NCBI GenBank assembly: GCA_046331705.1
Contig: JAXLQJ010000010.1
Coordinates: 1-64,000 of the forward strand
DNA: 64,000 nt
Direction of reading: 5' to 3'
Source of the DNA: a bacterium
Lineage (GTDB): Bacteria; JADJOY01
Shown: piece by piece, positions 10,701 to 19,809 of the stretch
Position numbering within the stretch: the stretch's first letter is position 1
How the letters are laid out: every line of letters starts with the position of its first letter
Made by a program: the position numbers and the translations under genes
The notes under the pieces: generated by a model
Databases searched by the model: none
What the model saw: only the letters and a program-made list of their open reading frames with translations
Told to the model about the DNA's origin: nothing

Positions 10701-11891
10701 GCGGCTGCGATAGCCCTCGGCGTCGTATTCCCCCTCGCCGTGGGCGCTCCCCGCCGGTGCCTCGGTGGTGGCGATGCGGACCAGCTCGTCGATCGCGGGC
10801 GCCGCGGCGGATCCGGCCTTGGCGAGCAAGTCGAGAGCGGTGGATTGGGTCTCGGGGGAGCCGTGGCGCAACAGGTCGATCAGCCCCGGCACCGCCGGGG
10901 TGAGATCCTTGGCCACCCCACCGAGCGCCGTGAGCGCGAATGGCGCCCGCTCCGGATCGCCGAGCAGCTTCACCAAGGCGGGCGCGGTCGCCGAGGCCGC
11001 CTCGCCGAGCTCTCGAAGCGCCGATGCGAACCCCGATGCGTGCTCCCTGTCGGCGCGTCCCAGCGCATCCACCAACGCAGGCGCGGCGGCGGCACCCTTG
11101 GCGCCGAGCAGCCCGATCGCGGCCGCGGCGCGCGCTTGGAGGTCGGCGTTGCTGCTCGCGAGCGCCGCCGTGAGGACCGGCAGCGCGCGATCGACGTGCT
11201 TTCCGTTGCGCGCCAATGCCGCAGCCACATTGATGCGCGTGTCCAGGTCCGGATCGGCGAGCAGCTCGAGGAGATGATCCGAGTCGACGCCGTCGACACT
11301 CGTGAACGCGAGCACGCCGAGCGCTGCTTTGCGGACTTCGGGCCTCGCGTCCTCGACGGCGTTCGCGAGCGCGCGGCGGGCGTCTTCGTGCTCGTGGGCG
11401 AGCGCGCCCAGCGCCTGCGCGGCGCTCGCGCGCACCTCGGGCGAGGGGTCCGCCAACGCCTGCACGCCCAGGGGAATCCGGCTCGGGTTGCTCTGCAGCA
11501 GGCTGCGCACGGCACACGCGCGAACGGGAGCGCTCGGGTCGCTGCCGAGCGGCACCAGCACGGGATCCATCGTGTGGTCCAGATCGGAGAGCCCGTAGAA
11601 GCACGCGACCCGCGAGCGCTCTTCGTCGCTGAGCTGCGGAACGATCCGTGCCAGCGCCGGCACGGAGCGAGCGAAGTCGGAATCGCAGTGCATCGCGCGG
11701 CGCAACGAGCGGAGCCAATCCTGGCGCTTCTCCGGAGGAAGCCCCTCGAACTCGGCGATCAGCTCGCTCGCGGGCGTGGCGGTCGCGCACATGCCGGGAA
11801 TGCCCGAGCCCGTCGCCCGGGCCTGGGGGATCGCGAGGAGCAACCAGGCCGCAGCCGCAGCGAACGTTCGAGCCGACGCACCGATCTTCAT
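7710..11891 (-). CDS. Large exported HEAT-repeat + TPR-like repeat protein
   Basis: Start reset to MKIGASARTF (GAGG RBS, signal peptide). Repeated D.DPEVRA.AA.AL HEAT units, then GEA.ALL.LG.L TPR-like units. Confidence 0.8.
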   Translation of the reverse strand: MKIGASARTFAAAAAWLLLAIPQARATGSGIPGMCATATPASELIAEFEGLPPEKRQDWLRSLRRAMHCDSDFARSVPALARIVPQLSDEERSRVACFYGLSDLDHTMDPVLVPLGSDPSAPVRACAVRSLLQSNPSRIPLGVQALADPSPEVRASAAQALGALAHEHEDARRALANAVEDARPEVRKAALGVLAFTSVDGVDSDHLLELLADPDLDTRINVAAALARNGKHVDRALPVLTAALASSNADLQARAAAAIGLLGAKGAAAAPALVDALGRADREHASGFASALRELGEAASATAPALVKLLGDPERAPFALTALGGVAKDLTPAVPGLIDLLRHGSPETQSTALDLLAKAGSAAAPAIDELVRIATTEAPAGSAHGEGEYDAEGYRSRMLRTSALRALAAIGPKAKDALPKIEALLASRDSDVVAAASAAYTKLGGDPKNLTSRWVKELESGDSGRRKRALEMLAQGDGDDRKAALPGIRAALTDADPEVRVAAARALWSVAHDPDEIVALAATLAKDSDPKVRAGAIRVASSAAPSVLVRSKSWVLGLLDDSDPEVRSAALSTLYELRGAAAEAVPKLIQMVTADDREQMQQALAVLQLMGPTAAPALPALEELKSKGDRYQREMVARAIDTIRRSSGEGPATATDAQRSPFDELGAAQQLAEKGDVAAAQAAYQRAIDGYHSKEDGANEARARDALAIFLDSQGKKREAREQLEKAAPLFHAASDKSGELIVVLQLAALDREEGRRDDARAAVEKARELAKGVSDPSVEGSALLQLGGLAAEVGDRDQARQFLLDAQRLFRSNGNGIGEGMAMMSLGGLELLSSRFEPARAAFDTARQLFQQADDPLREGLALFLWCHLDLALGNWDEAERHVLAAKGLYERIHEPRLAAKAWWMHASVLSQRGGRVAEARKAAQQALALARSIPDDEVLASALTTLSELDRWEGKSQDALEQMKAARDAGVRSHQDLTAAVSDAGLAQLYFRMANLGDASDAMARASDTAERMQNPELGLFLSLLAADRDTTLGQIPQVESALTKAASAAKTLASERFEAEIQMRRASLAARRGRFDEARAGLGTARATLQRFHRGAEEAELLRHVAELERDTGKLGAAKDAAARSLELARSRQNPEMEADGLAVLASLERASGRYAAAREALDKARSFFEKADHYRAAAAAQLELGRLETRLGRAQEAQAAFDGARTTCALYPAPECEADALLGIATLKLATRPAENLTTDLARAAAIYQQVQRPVGEAWCEARLGDVERVAGHAAEARRHYDAAIARFDALGVPTGKAEALLGVGRLDATAGKANDARASFDSSRKLFRELGDPAGEADAELASAELVASTDRAKGKELLNAAAKSYEKLGLAVAAGDTRAKASKLGAK

Positions 11892-12025
11892 GGTCACCTC
11901 GCGCGGATCGGCACCGACCCGGTCCAGGAAAGGACGAGGATCATACGCCTTTTGCCGTGCCGATCCAGCGCGAGGACCGTCGCGTCGGCGGCGTGGAGAT
12001 CCCACGTCCGCGGGGCGAATCCTGG

Positions 12026-12544
12026 TCACTCGAGGTGGAGGCGCTTCTTCAGCTCGGCGAGCTTTTCCGGCGGCAACTTCTGGGATTCGAGGGATCGGCT
12101 GAAGGCCGCGGCGTTCCTGGCGACGGCGCGGTAGCCGCAGGCGGGGAAGAAGTCGGGCCAGGCGCCGTCGAGCAGCGCGCGGGGATAGTCGCGGCACATG
12201 CCGGGGCGCGACGCGTAGCTGTCGCAGGCGCGGGTGGTGGTGTCGAAGTGAGTGCAGCGGAACACGAAGACGCGCGCCGCCGGCTCCTCGCCGATCAGCT
12301 CGAAGCCGTTCACGCGCCGTTGCCACGCCAGGAAGAGCCGCCGCGCGGACGGCAGGAACCACACGGCCCTGCCGACACGCATCGCCGGTGCTTCGCAGCA
12401 ATGACCGCTCTTCACGCAGGCACCGCCGAGCTGCCACCGATCCTCCCGTCGCACCCGCCGCCAGCCGCGAACGAGCGCAAGGTCGACGCGGAACACGCCG
12501 CGGGCGAGCGCCTTGAGCGCGCGGCGTCCCGGTCCGTCACGCAT
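12026..12544 (-). CDS. YkgJ-family cysteine-cluster (Zn/Fe-chelating) protein
   Basis: CVKSGHCC, CTHFD, CDSYASRPGMCRDYP pattern. Confidence 0.8.
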   Translation of the reverse strand: MRDGPGRRALKALARGVFRVDLALVRGWRRVRREDRWQLGGACVKSGHCCEAPAMRVGRAVWFLPSARRLFLAWQRRVNGFELIGEEPAARVFVFRCTHFDTTTRACDSYASRPGMCRDYPRALLDGAWPDFFPACGYRAVARNAAAFSRSLESQKLPPEKLAELKKRLHLE

Positions 12545-12648
12545 GGTGCGCGTTCTCCGTGCAGGGCCGATGCAGGCGCGTTCGTCGTGGATCGGGCGTG
12601 CGGGGCGGGCGTATACTCGCGCGCCTTTTCGACCCCCCGGAGCGCGAC

Positions 12649-14889
12649 ATGAAAAGCGGTAATCGGCGGCGCGCGGCCGCGACGACGATCGGAATGCTCG
12701 CGTGGATGCTGGTCGTGGGCACGAGCTCAGGATGCTCGAAGCCCAAGCCTGCGTCCTCCGCGCGGGTGCCGGCGGCGGTGCGCGCTGCTCGCGAGGCGCC
12801 GGCGGTGGGATTGCCCAAGACCGGGGCGCCGGCAGCGCCCGATCCCGCGCTCGACGCCCAGCGCCGCATCCTGTTCGGCGACCTGCACGTCCACACCACG
12901 ATCTCGCTGGATGCGTTCTTCATGTCGCTGCCGATCATGGGCGGTGTCGGCGCGCATCCGCCCGACGAGGCGTGCGACTTCGCGCGCTTCTGCTCGGGGC
13001 TCGATTTCTTCGCCATCACCGACCACGCGATGGCCACGCTCCCCTCGGACTGGAAGAGCATCAAGGAGTCGATCCGCGGCTGCAACGCGCTCGCCGGTCC
13101 CGCCGAGGACCCCGACGTGGTGGCGTTCACCGGCTTCGAGTGGACCCAGCACGATCCGGACCCCGAGCACCATTTCGGACACAAGAACGTGATCTTCGAG
13201 GGCACCGCCGACGACCAGCTCCCGCGTCGCCCCATCGAGGCCACCAGCCGCGATCAGCGTCAGGCCGTGAAGGGCCAGGCCAACACCATCTTGCTCGCGC
13301 TCCTCGGCGATCCCGGCAACGCCGGCACCTACTTCGACTTCCGTCATCACCTGCTGGATCTCTCGAACGTCAGCTTCTGCCCGAGCGGCGTGGACACCCG
13401 CCAGCTTCCCGACGATTGCCAGGAGGAAGCGCCCGATCCGCCCACGCTCTTCGAGAAGCTCGACCAATGGGGTTTCGATGCGCTGGTGATCCCGCACGGC
13501 AACGCGTGGGGAATCCACGTGCCGCCGCACGCCAGCTGGGACCTGCAGGCGCGACCGGGCTGGCACGATCCGGCGCGCCAGAACCTCATCGAGGTCTATT
13601 CCGGCCATGGCAACTCGGAGGAGTTCCGCTCGTGGCAGGAGTGGGACGTGGTCGACGGCCAGAACGTGTGCCGCGAGCCCACCAAGAGCTATCTGCCGTG
13701 CTGCTGGCAGGCCGGTGAGATCGTCCGCTCGCGCTGCGCCGATCCGCGATCCACCGAATGCGACGCCCAGGTGCTGGCGGCCCGCGAGGCGTACATCGAG
13801 GGCGGTGTCTACGGCGCCAGCTCCATCCCCGACGCCAAGCCCGAGGAATGGCTCGACTGCGGCCAGTGCCGCGACTGCTATCTGCCCGACTTCAACATGC
13901 GCCCGCGCATGACCGTGCAGGCCGCTCTCGCCACCACCGGCTTCGAGGATCCCGCGAACCCCGTGAAGTTCCGCTTCGGGCTCATCGCCTCGAGCGATAC
14001 CCACCGCGCCAAGCCCGGCACCGGCTACAAGGACGACCGCAGCGCCTTCACCGACGCCTCCGGCGCCCACGATCGCATGACGCAATGGGTGATGGACGTG
14101 GGGCGCCGCCGCAACCACGGCCGCGGCGGTGTCATGGACTGGGAGCTCGAGCGCCAGGGCAGCTACTGGTACACGGGAGGGCTGGTGGCGGTGCACGCGG
14201 AAAACCGCACGCGCGAGGCGATCTGGCAGGCGCTCAAGGAGAGGCGCGTGTACGGCACCTCGGGCGAGCGGATGCTGCTCTGGTTCGACTTGCTCGGCGC
14301 GGACGGCACGCGGCAGCCGATGGGCTCGGAGGTCACCTTGGGCGGGGCGCCGCGCTTCGAGGTGCGCGCCGTGGGCGCCTTCAAGCAGAAGCCCGGCTGT
14401 CCTGCCGACACGCTGGCCGCGGCGGGGCAAGAGTTGATCGATCGGGTGTGCGTGGGCGAGTGCTACAACCCGAGCGACGAGCGGCAGGCGGTCGATCGCA
14501 TCGAGGTGGTGCGGATTCGGCCGCAAGCTCGGCAGGGTGAGCCGCTCGAGAAGCTCATCGAAGACCCGTGGAAGGTGATCCGCTGCCCCGCCGATCCCGC
14601 CGGCTGTGTGGTCACCTTCGAGGATCCCGACTTCGTGGCGAGCGGACGCACCAACGTCTACTACGTGCGTGCCGTCGAGCCCGACACCGCGACCGTGAAC
14701 GGCGCCACGCTGCGCTGCACCTGGGACGAGCACGGCAACTGCACCAAGATCGAGCCCTGCTACAGCGATTACCGCACGCCGCAGAGCGACGATTGCCTGG
14801 CGCCCGCAGGCGAGCGCGCGTGGTCGTCGCCGATCTTCGTGGACTTCTCGCCGCCCAAGAACCCGGCGGTGCCGGCCGAGTCGCAGTGA
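12649..14889 (+). CDS. DUF3604-family PHP-like metallo-hydrolase, probable lipoprotein
   Basis: FGDLHVHT, LDFFAITDHA, IPHG, IASSDTH, YGTSG and ERAWSSPIF motifs. Lipobox-like SSGC. Confidence 0.85.
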   Translation: MKSGNRRRAAATTIGMLAWMLVVGTSSGCSKPKPASSARVPAAVRAAREAPAVGLPKTGAPAAPDPALDAQRRILFGDLHVHTTISLDAFFMSLPIMGGVGAHPPDEACDFARFCSGLDFFAITDHAMATLPSDWKSIKESIRGCNALAGPAEDPDVVAFTGFEWTQHDPDPEHHFGHKNVIFEGTADDQLPRRPIEATSRDQRQAVKGQANTILLALLGDPGNAGTYFDFRHHLLDLSNVSFCPSGVDTRQLPDDCQEEAPDPPTLFEKLDQWGFDALVIPHGNAWGIHVPPHASWDLQARPGWHDPARQNLIEVYSGHGNSEEFRSWQEWDVVDGQNVCREPTKSYLPCCWQAGEIVRSRCADPRSTECDAQVLAAREAYIEGGVYGASSIPDAKPEEWLDCGQCRDCYLPDFNMRPRMTVQAALATTGFEDPANPVKFRFGLIASSDTHRAKPGTGYKDDRSAFTDASGAHDRMTQWVMDVGRRRNHGRGGVMDWELERQGSYWYTGGLVAVHAENRTREAIWQALKERRVYGTSGERMLLWFDLLGADGTRQPMGSEVTLGGAPRFEVRAVGAFKQKPGCPADTLAAAGQELIDRVCVGECYNPSDERQAVDRIEVVRIRPQARQGEPLEKLIEDPWKVIRCPADPAGCVVTFEDPDFVASGRTNVYYVRAVEPDTATVNGATLRCTWDEHGNCTKIEPCYSDYRTPQSDDCLAPAGERAWSSPIFVDFSPPKNPAVPAESQ

Positions 14890-15776
14890 CGCACGCGCGA
14901 CGAGCGAACGCGTTCTTGGCGCTCGGCACGCTCGCGGGATGGGTCTTGATCGCCGTCGGGCTGGTGGGTGGCCCGCGCGTGCCGGCCGTGCTCGCACCCG
15001 TGGACGCGGAGCCCGCGGCGGCGATCGTGAACGGCGTGGCGATCCCGCGCGCCAGCATCGCGCGCTTCGCCGAGGCGCTCGAGAGCGAGCGTCCGGATCG
15101 CGGCGGCGATGCAGCGGGCCTCGCGCGGACCGCGCTGGATCGCGCCATCGACGACGAGCTGCTCTTCCAGCGTGCCGTCGCGCTGGAGCTGCCGCGCAAG
15201 GATTTCCTGGCGCGCAAGCAACTGGTGAAGACCCTCATCGAGGCGGTGGTGCGTGAGGCCGAGTCGAGCGAGCCGACCGATGCCGAGATCGCGGCGACCT
15301 ACGCCGAGAGTCCCGACTTCTTCCGGAGGCCGGCCAGGCTCGCCGTGCGTTTGCTGCTCTTTCGCGAGAGTGCCGCGGGCCGCACCGAGCCCGTGAGTGA
15401 GCGCGTGGAGCGGGCGCGAGCACGGCTCGCTGCCGGGGAGGCGTTCGAGCAGGTGGCCGGCGAGCTCGCCGATCCGCCGGTGATCCCGCTTCCCGCGGGC
15501 CCGCTCACCCCGACCGAGCTGCGCGAGTATCTCGGTCCGACCGCGGCCGCCACGGCGCTTGCGCTCGACATCGGACGCGTGAGCGAGCCGATTCGGGCCA
15601 GCGCCGGCGTCATGCTGCTGATCGTGGACCAGCGCCAACCGGGTGAGATCCCACCGCTCGCCGCCGTCCGCGAGCAAGCACGCCAAGTGGCGCGCCGCCG
15701 CGCTGGCGAGCGCGCGCTGACGCGCTATCTCGACGATCTGCGGGCGCACGCGATCGTCCAGCGCGATCCGCGGTGA
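14886..15776 (+). CDS. PpiC/parvulin-type peptidyl-prolyl isomerase-like membrane-anchored chaperone
   Basis: GTGA overlap with DUF3604 gene. N-terminal TM, VNGVAI, IDDELLFQRA, GEAFEQVA, VSEPI. Confidence 0.75.
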   Translation: MTHARRANAFLALGTLAGWVLIAVGLVGGPRVPAVLAPVDAEPAAAIVNGVAIPRASIARFAEALESERPDRGGDAAGLARTALDRAIDDELLFQRAVALELPRKDFLARKQLVKTLIEAVVREAESSEPTDAEIAATYAESPDFFRRPARLAVRLLLFRESAAGRTEPVSERVERARARLAAGEAFEQVAGELADPPVIPLPAGPLTPTELREYLGPTAAATALALDIGRVSEPIRASAGVMLLIVDQRQPGEIPPLAAVREQARQVARRRAGERALTRYLDDLRAHAIVQRDPR

Positions 15777-16957
15777 AGCGCTTCGCGATGACGGCGTGCG
15801 GGGTGCTCGCGCTCCTCGGCGCGTCGCGCGAGGTGGCGAGCGCCGAGGGAGCCACCCAATCGATGTCGGTGTGGCGGATCGAGGGCACGACGGCGCGGGT
15901 GAAGGCGTGGGTCCCGGTTGCCGTGGCGCGGCGCTTCGGGGCGAGCGGCGAAGCCGCTTCGGCGGCCGACGCCGACAGCTTTGCCCGCGCGGGCCTGTTG
16001 GCTGGCGACCACCTGGCGCGGCGTCTGGTGCTCGTTTCCGCGTCCGGCTCGTGCGCGCCGGTGGGCAGCGGCCCTGGGACGGGCCAGCGAGAGGAGGGCT
16101 GGATCGTTCTCGAATGGAACGTGTCCTGTCCTACGGATCACGGCTTCCGGCTGCGTGACGACGCCTTCTTCGACGACTCGCCCACCCATGCGCATCTCGC
16201 GCGGGTCGAGTGGCAGGGCAGGGATGGCCGCGTCGGCGGCGTCGTCGAGAAGGTGCTCACGGCCGGCGACCGGGTCCTCGCGCCGCGTCACTCGAGCCAG
16301 GCCTCCCCTGGAGGGCGCGGCTCCGTCGGCTCCCTCGCTCTTGCCGTGCTCGAGCAGCTTCGCGGCGGGCTGCCGATGTGGATGGCGTTTCTGGCCGCCG
16401 CCTTCGCGAGCGCCCTCGCACAACCCACGGTGTGGCCGGTCGCGATCGCCAGCGCTCTTGGCCTCGCCGCGGGCGCTCTCGCACCCGCTGGCGCGGCATC
16501 GCTCGCGGTCCCCGTCGCCGCCGCGGCGACGCTCGCGCTGGCGCTCGCGCTCTTCGTTCGGGAAGGCGCGAGCGGTTGGCTCGCTGCCGCGATCTACGTC
16601 GTCGCGACCAGCGTCGCGCTCGCGCAGTCGGCTCTTCCCTGGGCTCTCTCGCTCTCGCGCGGGAGCGTGCTGCTCGGGCTCGCGCTGCTCACGTGCGTGA
16701 GCAGCCGCTCGGCGCTGACGACTCTCGCGCTTGCGGCCGCCGCCGGGCTGATCGTCGGCGCAACCACGACCGTCGCTGCCGCAGCGCCGCTAGCCCCGCT
16801 CTCGGAACGGCTCGCGAACGCAGCGGCGCTCGGTGTGCCGGCGCTCGCGACCGTCGCCTTCGCGAAGCCGCTCGATCACCGCGCCCGCCGGCGTCTGGCG
16901 AGCGCCCTCGCCGCCGCCGCCGTCGCTCTTTCCCTCGCCTGGCTCGCGTGCGCTTGA
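15773..16957 (+). CDS. HupE/UreJ-like membrane protein with periplasmic N-domain (degenerate)
   Basis: GTGA overlap. Signal peptide, two-Cys periplasmic domain, multi-TM C-terminus. Sits in the third position of the DUF3604-PpiC cassette. Confidence 0.55.
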   Translation: MKRFAMTACGVLALLGASREVASAEGATQSMSVWRIEGTTARVKAWVPVAVARRFGASGEAASAADADSFARAGLLAGDHLARRLVLVSASGSCAPVGSGPGTGQREEGWIVLEWNVSCPTDHGFRLRDDAFFDDSPTHAHLARVEWQGRDGRVGGVVEKVLTAGDRVLAPRHSSQASPGGRGSVGSLALAVLEQLRGGLPMWMAFLAAAFASALAQPTVWPVAIASALGLAAGALAPAGAASLAVPVAAAATLALALALFVREGASGWLAAAIYVVATSVALAQSALPWALSLSRGSVLLGLALLTCVSSRSALTTLALAAAAGLIVGATTTVAAAAPLAPLSERLANAAALGVPALATVAFAKPLDHRARRRLASALAAAAVALSLAWLACA

Positions 16958-16991
16958 GGCGTGGCCGCGCGTGGTCGGCGCCGCCACGCGC

Positions 16992-17600
16992 TCACTCCTC
17001 GGTTCCCACCGCGCGGTCTCGGGCGGGAAGCGCATCGCGGAAGACGTCGAACGTCTTCCAGGCGGGCACCGGCGGCGTGTAGTCGGCGCGCGGCGCGTGC
17101 TCGGAGTGTTCGACGAGCTGCATCTTGTGCATGTATCGCGGGCAATTGGGGAAGATCTGCGTCGCGGTGACGCGCACCAGGAAGACCGCGCCAGGAAATT
17201 CCGCGAGCAGAGGATCGCTCGCTGCGAGCCGTGCGGTGCCGTTCACACGAACGCGTCGGGACTCGGCGAAATCGAGGAAGAGCAATCCCACGTGCGGGTT
17301 GGCGAGGACGTTGCCCCACGTCCGGTACATCCCGTTGCCGTCGTAGTCGGGAATGGCGAGCGTCCGGTCGTCGAGAACGCGCACGAACCCAGGCAGGCCG
17401 CCCTTGTACGAGCAGTCGGGCCGCCCCTCGGCGTCGGCGGTGGCGACGAACAGCATCGCGCAGCGTTCGATGAACTCGCGGTCGTCGTCGGTGAACGACG
17501 TGTGCACCGTGACGTCGTTCAGCCGATCGGCCAGCGGGCGCGTCTCGCGCAGATCCTGAAGCCGCCGCATCCCCTCGTGAAACAGGTCGTCAACGGGCAC
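16992..17600 (-). CDS. Pyridoxamine 5'-phosphate oxidase-like FMN-binding protein
   Basis: GTG start after GAGGGAG. PDCSYKGGLPGFV, PDYDGNGM, FPNCPRY. Confidence 0.88.
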   Translation of the reverse strand: MPVDDLFHEGMRRLQDLRETRPLADRLNDVTVHTSFTDDDREFIERCAMLFVATADAEGRPDCSYKGGLPGFVRVLDDRTLAIPDYDGNGMYRTWGNVLANPHVGLLFLDFAESRRVRVNGTARLAASDPLLAEFPGAVFLVRVTATQIFPNCPRYMHKMQLVEHSEHAPRADYTPPVPAWKTFDVFRDALPARDRAVGTEE

Positions 17601-17710
17601 GGGCTCCCTCCTCGACCGGCACTGAGTCACCGATCCGCTTCGATTGCGATGGTGCACGGGATGGATTCGGTGCGCCTCTCGGGACGGTGTGGAGCGCGCG
17701 TCGCATGGCC

Positions 17711-18646
17711 TCATCCCAGCGCGAGGAGGGCCTCGTCGGGGCCGATGCCGGCGGGGAGGCGGCCGAAGCGCCACGTCTGGCGCTGGTGGGTCGCGGCGCC
17801 CGGCGCGAGGGTCTTGATCGGCGCGTGCACTTCGATCTCCAGGTAGTCGTGATTGGGCGAGTTGTAGACCTCGACCGAGGAGTCGTGGGCGAATTGGGCG
17901 CCCGGCTGTAGATCGAAGCGACGGGTGTGCGCGAGGGTCTCCTCGGCGCGCGGTCTGAGCGCGACCACGACCCCGCGCTCTGCCACTCCGCCGTACTTGA
18001 AGTGCCGAGCTTCGCGGCAGGGCACGCACGTCCAGCCGTCGTGCGCTCGCAGGATCTCGTCGCGGATGGCGACGGATTCGCCTTCGTCGGGATAGCCGCG
18101 CAAGTCGTCGAGCGCGACGGGCAGGTAGACGTCGAAGGGCCGCATCAGCTGCGTCACGTTCCAGATGCCGCGAGCGGCTTCCCGTTTGCCGACGTTCACG
18201 ATCTTCTCGTCCAGCGAGACGTCGCCGTTCGCGAAGAGCTCGACGCGCCGGATCACCTTGAGCTGGGTCTCGCGGCACGTGGGGCTTTCCATCACGATGG
18301 CCTTGCCCTCGCGGCGCCAGCCGTAGCGGCCGGCGTCCAGGTCGAGCGGTGGGATCGCTTGGTTCCACTGGCGCTGCGGCGCGATCCACGTCTTGTCGCC
18401 GCCCCACAGTCGGAAGCCGAGGCGCCGTTTCTCGGCGGCGAGATCGCGTGCTGCCGCGACGTCGAGCGGCTCGGCCATGTGCTCGTCGTGGACGAAGAAG
18501 AGCTCCTCGCCGCGATGCTTGATCGAGAGGATGCGGCCACCCACGTCGGGGACCAGCAGCACCGAGAGATCCGCGATGGCGAGGCGTATGGCGGCGTAGC
18601 CGAGGAACGAGGTCTCTTCGATCTTGACCAGCGTGGCGGTCGGCAT
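17711..18646 (-). CDS. DUF4380-like / galactose-mutarotase-fold protein
   Basis: PDVGGRILS, WGGDKTWIAPQ, YLEIEVHAP. Confidence 0.7.
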   Translation of the reverse strand: MPTATLVKIEETSFLGYAAIRLAIADLSVLLVPDVGGRILSIKHRGEELFFVHDEHMAEPLDVAAARDLAAEKRRLGFRLWGGDKTWIAPQRQWNQAIPPLDLDAGRYGWRREGKAIVMESPTCRETQLKVIRRVELFANGDVSLDEKIVNVGKREAARGIWNVTQLMRPFDVYLPVALDDLRGYPDEGESVAIRDEILRAHDGWTCVPCREARHFKYGGVAERGVVVALRPRAEETLAHTRRFDLQPGAQFAHDSSVEVYNSPNHDYLEIEVHAPIKTLAPGAATHQRQTWRFGRLPAGIGPDEALLALG

Positions 18647-18760
18647 CGGGGGTTCGCCTTTCGGTCGCGAGTCGGGGCGCGCGTCGGCGATTCTACGTCA
18701 CCGGTGCCAGGGAGTGACGCGCGCGGCGAGATTCCGCCGCGCGCGTCGCGAGTCGCCACG

Positions 18761-19720
18761 TCACGCTGCGAGGTCCGTCTGCTCGCTCGCCGCCGCCGTG
18801 CGGCGGCTTTTCGCCAGCGACATCCAGATGGAGCCGCCGAGCAGCGCTGCGATCACGAGCAAGGAGACGGTGGGCGGCACCTTGACGAGGTCCACCAGCG
18901 ACATCTTCGCGCCCACGAACACCAGCACCGCGGCGAGGCCGACCTTGAGATAGGTGAAGCGCTGAACCATGTCGGCGAGCACGAAGAAGAGCGAGCGAAG
19001 CCCGAGGATGGCGAAGATGTTGGAGGTGAACACGATGAACGGGTCGCGGGTGATGGCGAAGATCGCCGGGATCGAGTCGAGGGCGAACACCACGTCCGTG
19101 AACTCCACCAGGATCAGCGCCAGGAAGAGCGGCGTGGCGACGCGCTTGCCGTTCTCGATGGTCCAGAAGTGATCGCCGTCGAAGCGATCGGTGGACGGCA
19201 CCAGCTTGCGCGCGAGCTTCAGCGCCGCGCTGTCCTCGAGCCGCTGCTCCTGGCCGCGCTGCCGGAAGAGCTTGATCCCGGTGAGGATCAGGAACGCACC
19301 GAAGACGTAGATGAGCCAGTGGAAGCGCTCGAGCATCGCCGCGCCGGCGAAGATCATCAGGGCGCGCAGGATCAGGGCGCTCAAGATGCCCCAGAAGAGC
19401 ACCCGGTGCTGGTAGAGCGCTGGGATCCGGAGGGTCGAGAAGATGACGACGAAGACGAAGATGTTGTCGATGGAGAGCGATTTCTCGATCAGGTAGCCGG
19501 TCAGGAACTCGATTCCCGGCTGCGCGCCGAACGCCCACCACACTCCGACGTTGAAGACCAGCGCGAGCGCGATCCAGACGGCGCTCCAGCCGAGCGCTTC
19601 GCGAAACCCGACGACGTGGGATTTGCGGTGGAAGACGCCCAGGTCGAGGGCGAGCATGACGATGACGAAGCCCACGAATCCGATCCAAAGGCCGGGGCTT
19701 CCGATGCTGGTGGGGGGCAT
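18761..19720 (-). CDS. terC: TerC/Alx family membrane protein
   Basis: GYLIEKSLSIDNIFVF, DVVFALDSIPAI, FTSNIFAILGLRSLFF. Confidence 0.92.
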   Translation of the reverse strand: MPPTSIGSPGLWIGFVGFVIVMLALDLGVFHRKSHVVGFREALGWSAVWIALALVFNVGVWWAFGAQPGIEFLTGYLIEKSLSIDNIFVFVVIFSTLRIPALYQHRVLFWGILSALILRALMIFAGAAMLERFHWLIYVFGAFLILTGIKLFRQRGQEQRLEDSAALKLARKLVPSTDRFDGDHFWTIENGKRVATPLFLALILVEFTDVVFALDSIPAIFAITRDPFIVFTSNIFAILGLRSLFFVLADMVQRFTYLKVGLAAVLVFVGAKMSLVDLVKVPPTVSLLVIAALLGGSIWMSLAKSRRTAAASEQTDLAA

Positions 19721-19809
19721 GTGCGATCTCCGTTGATCGGCCGGTGCGGGCCGCTGTGTGAGTCAGGTCGGTCTCGGTTCGGTGTGGGTGAGCTTTCGCC
19801 GCGCCGCGG

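Noticed and set aside
19721-19809. yybP-ykoY (Mn) riboswitch upstream of terC
   Set aside because: The gap is only ~90 bp and no conserved core was recognised.
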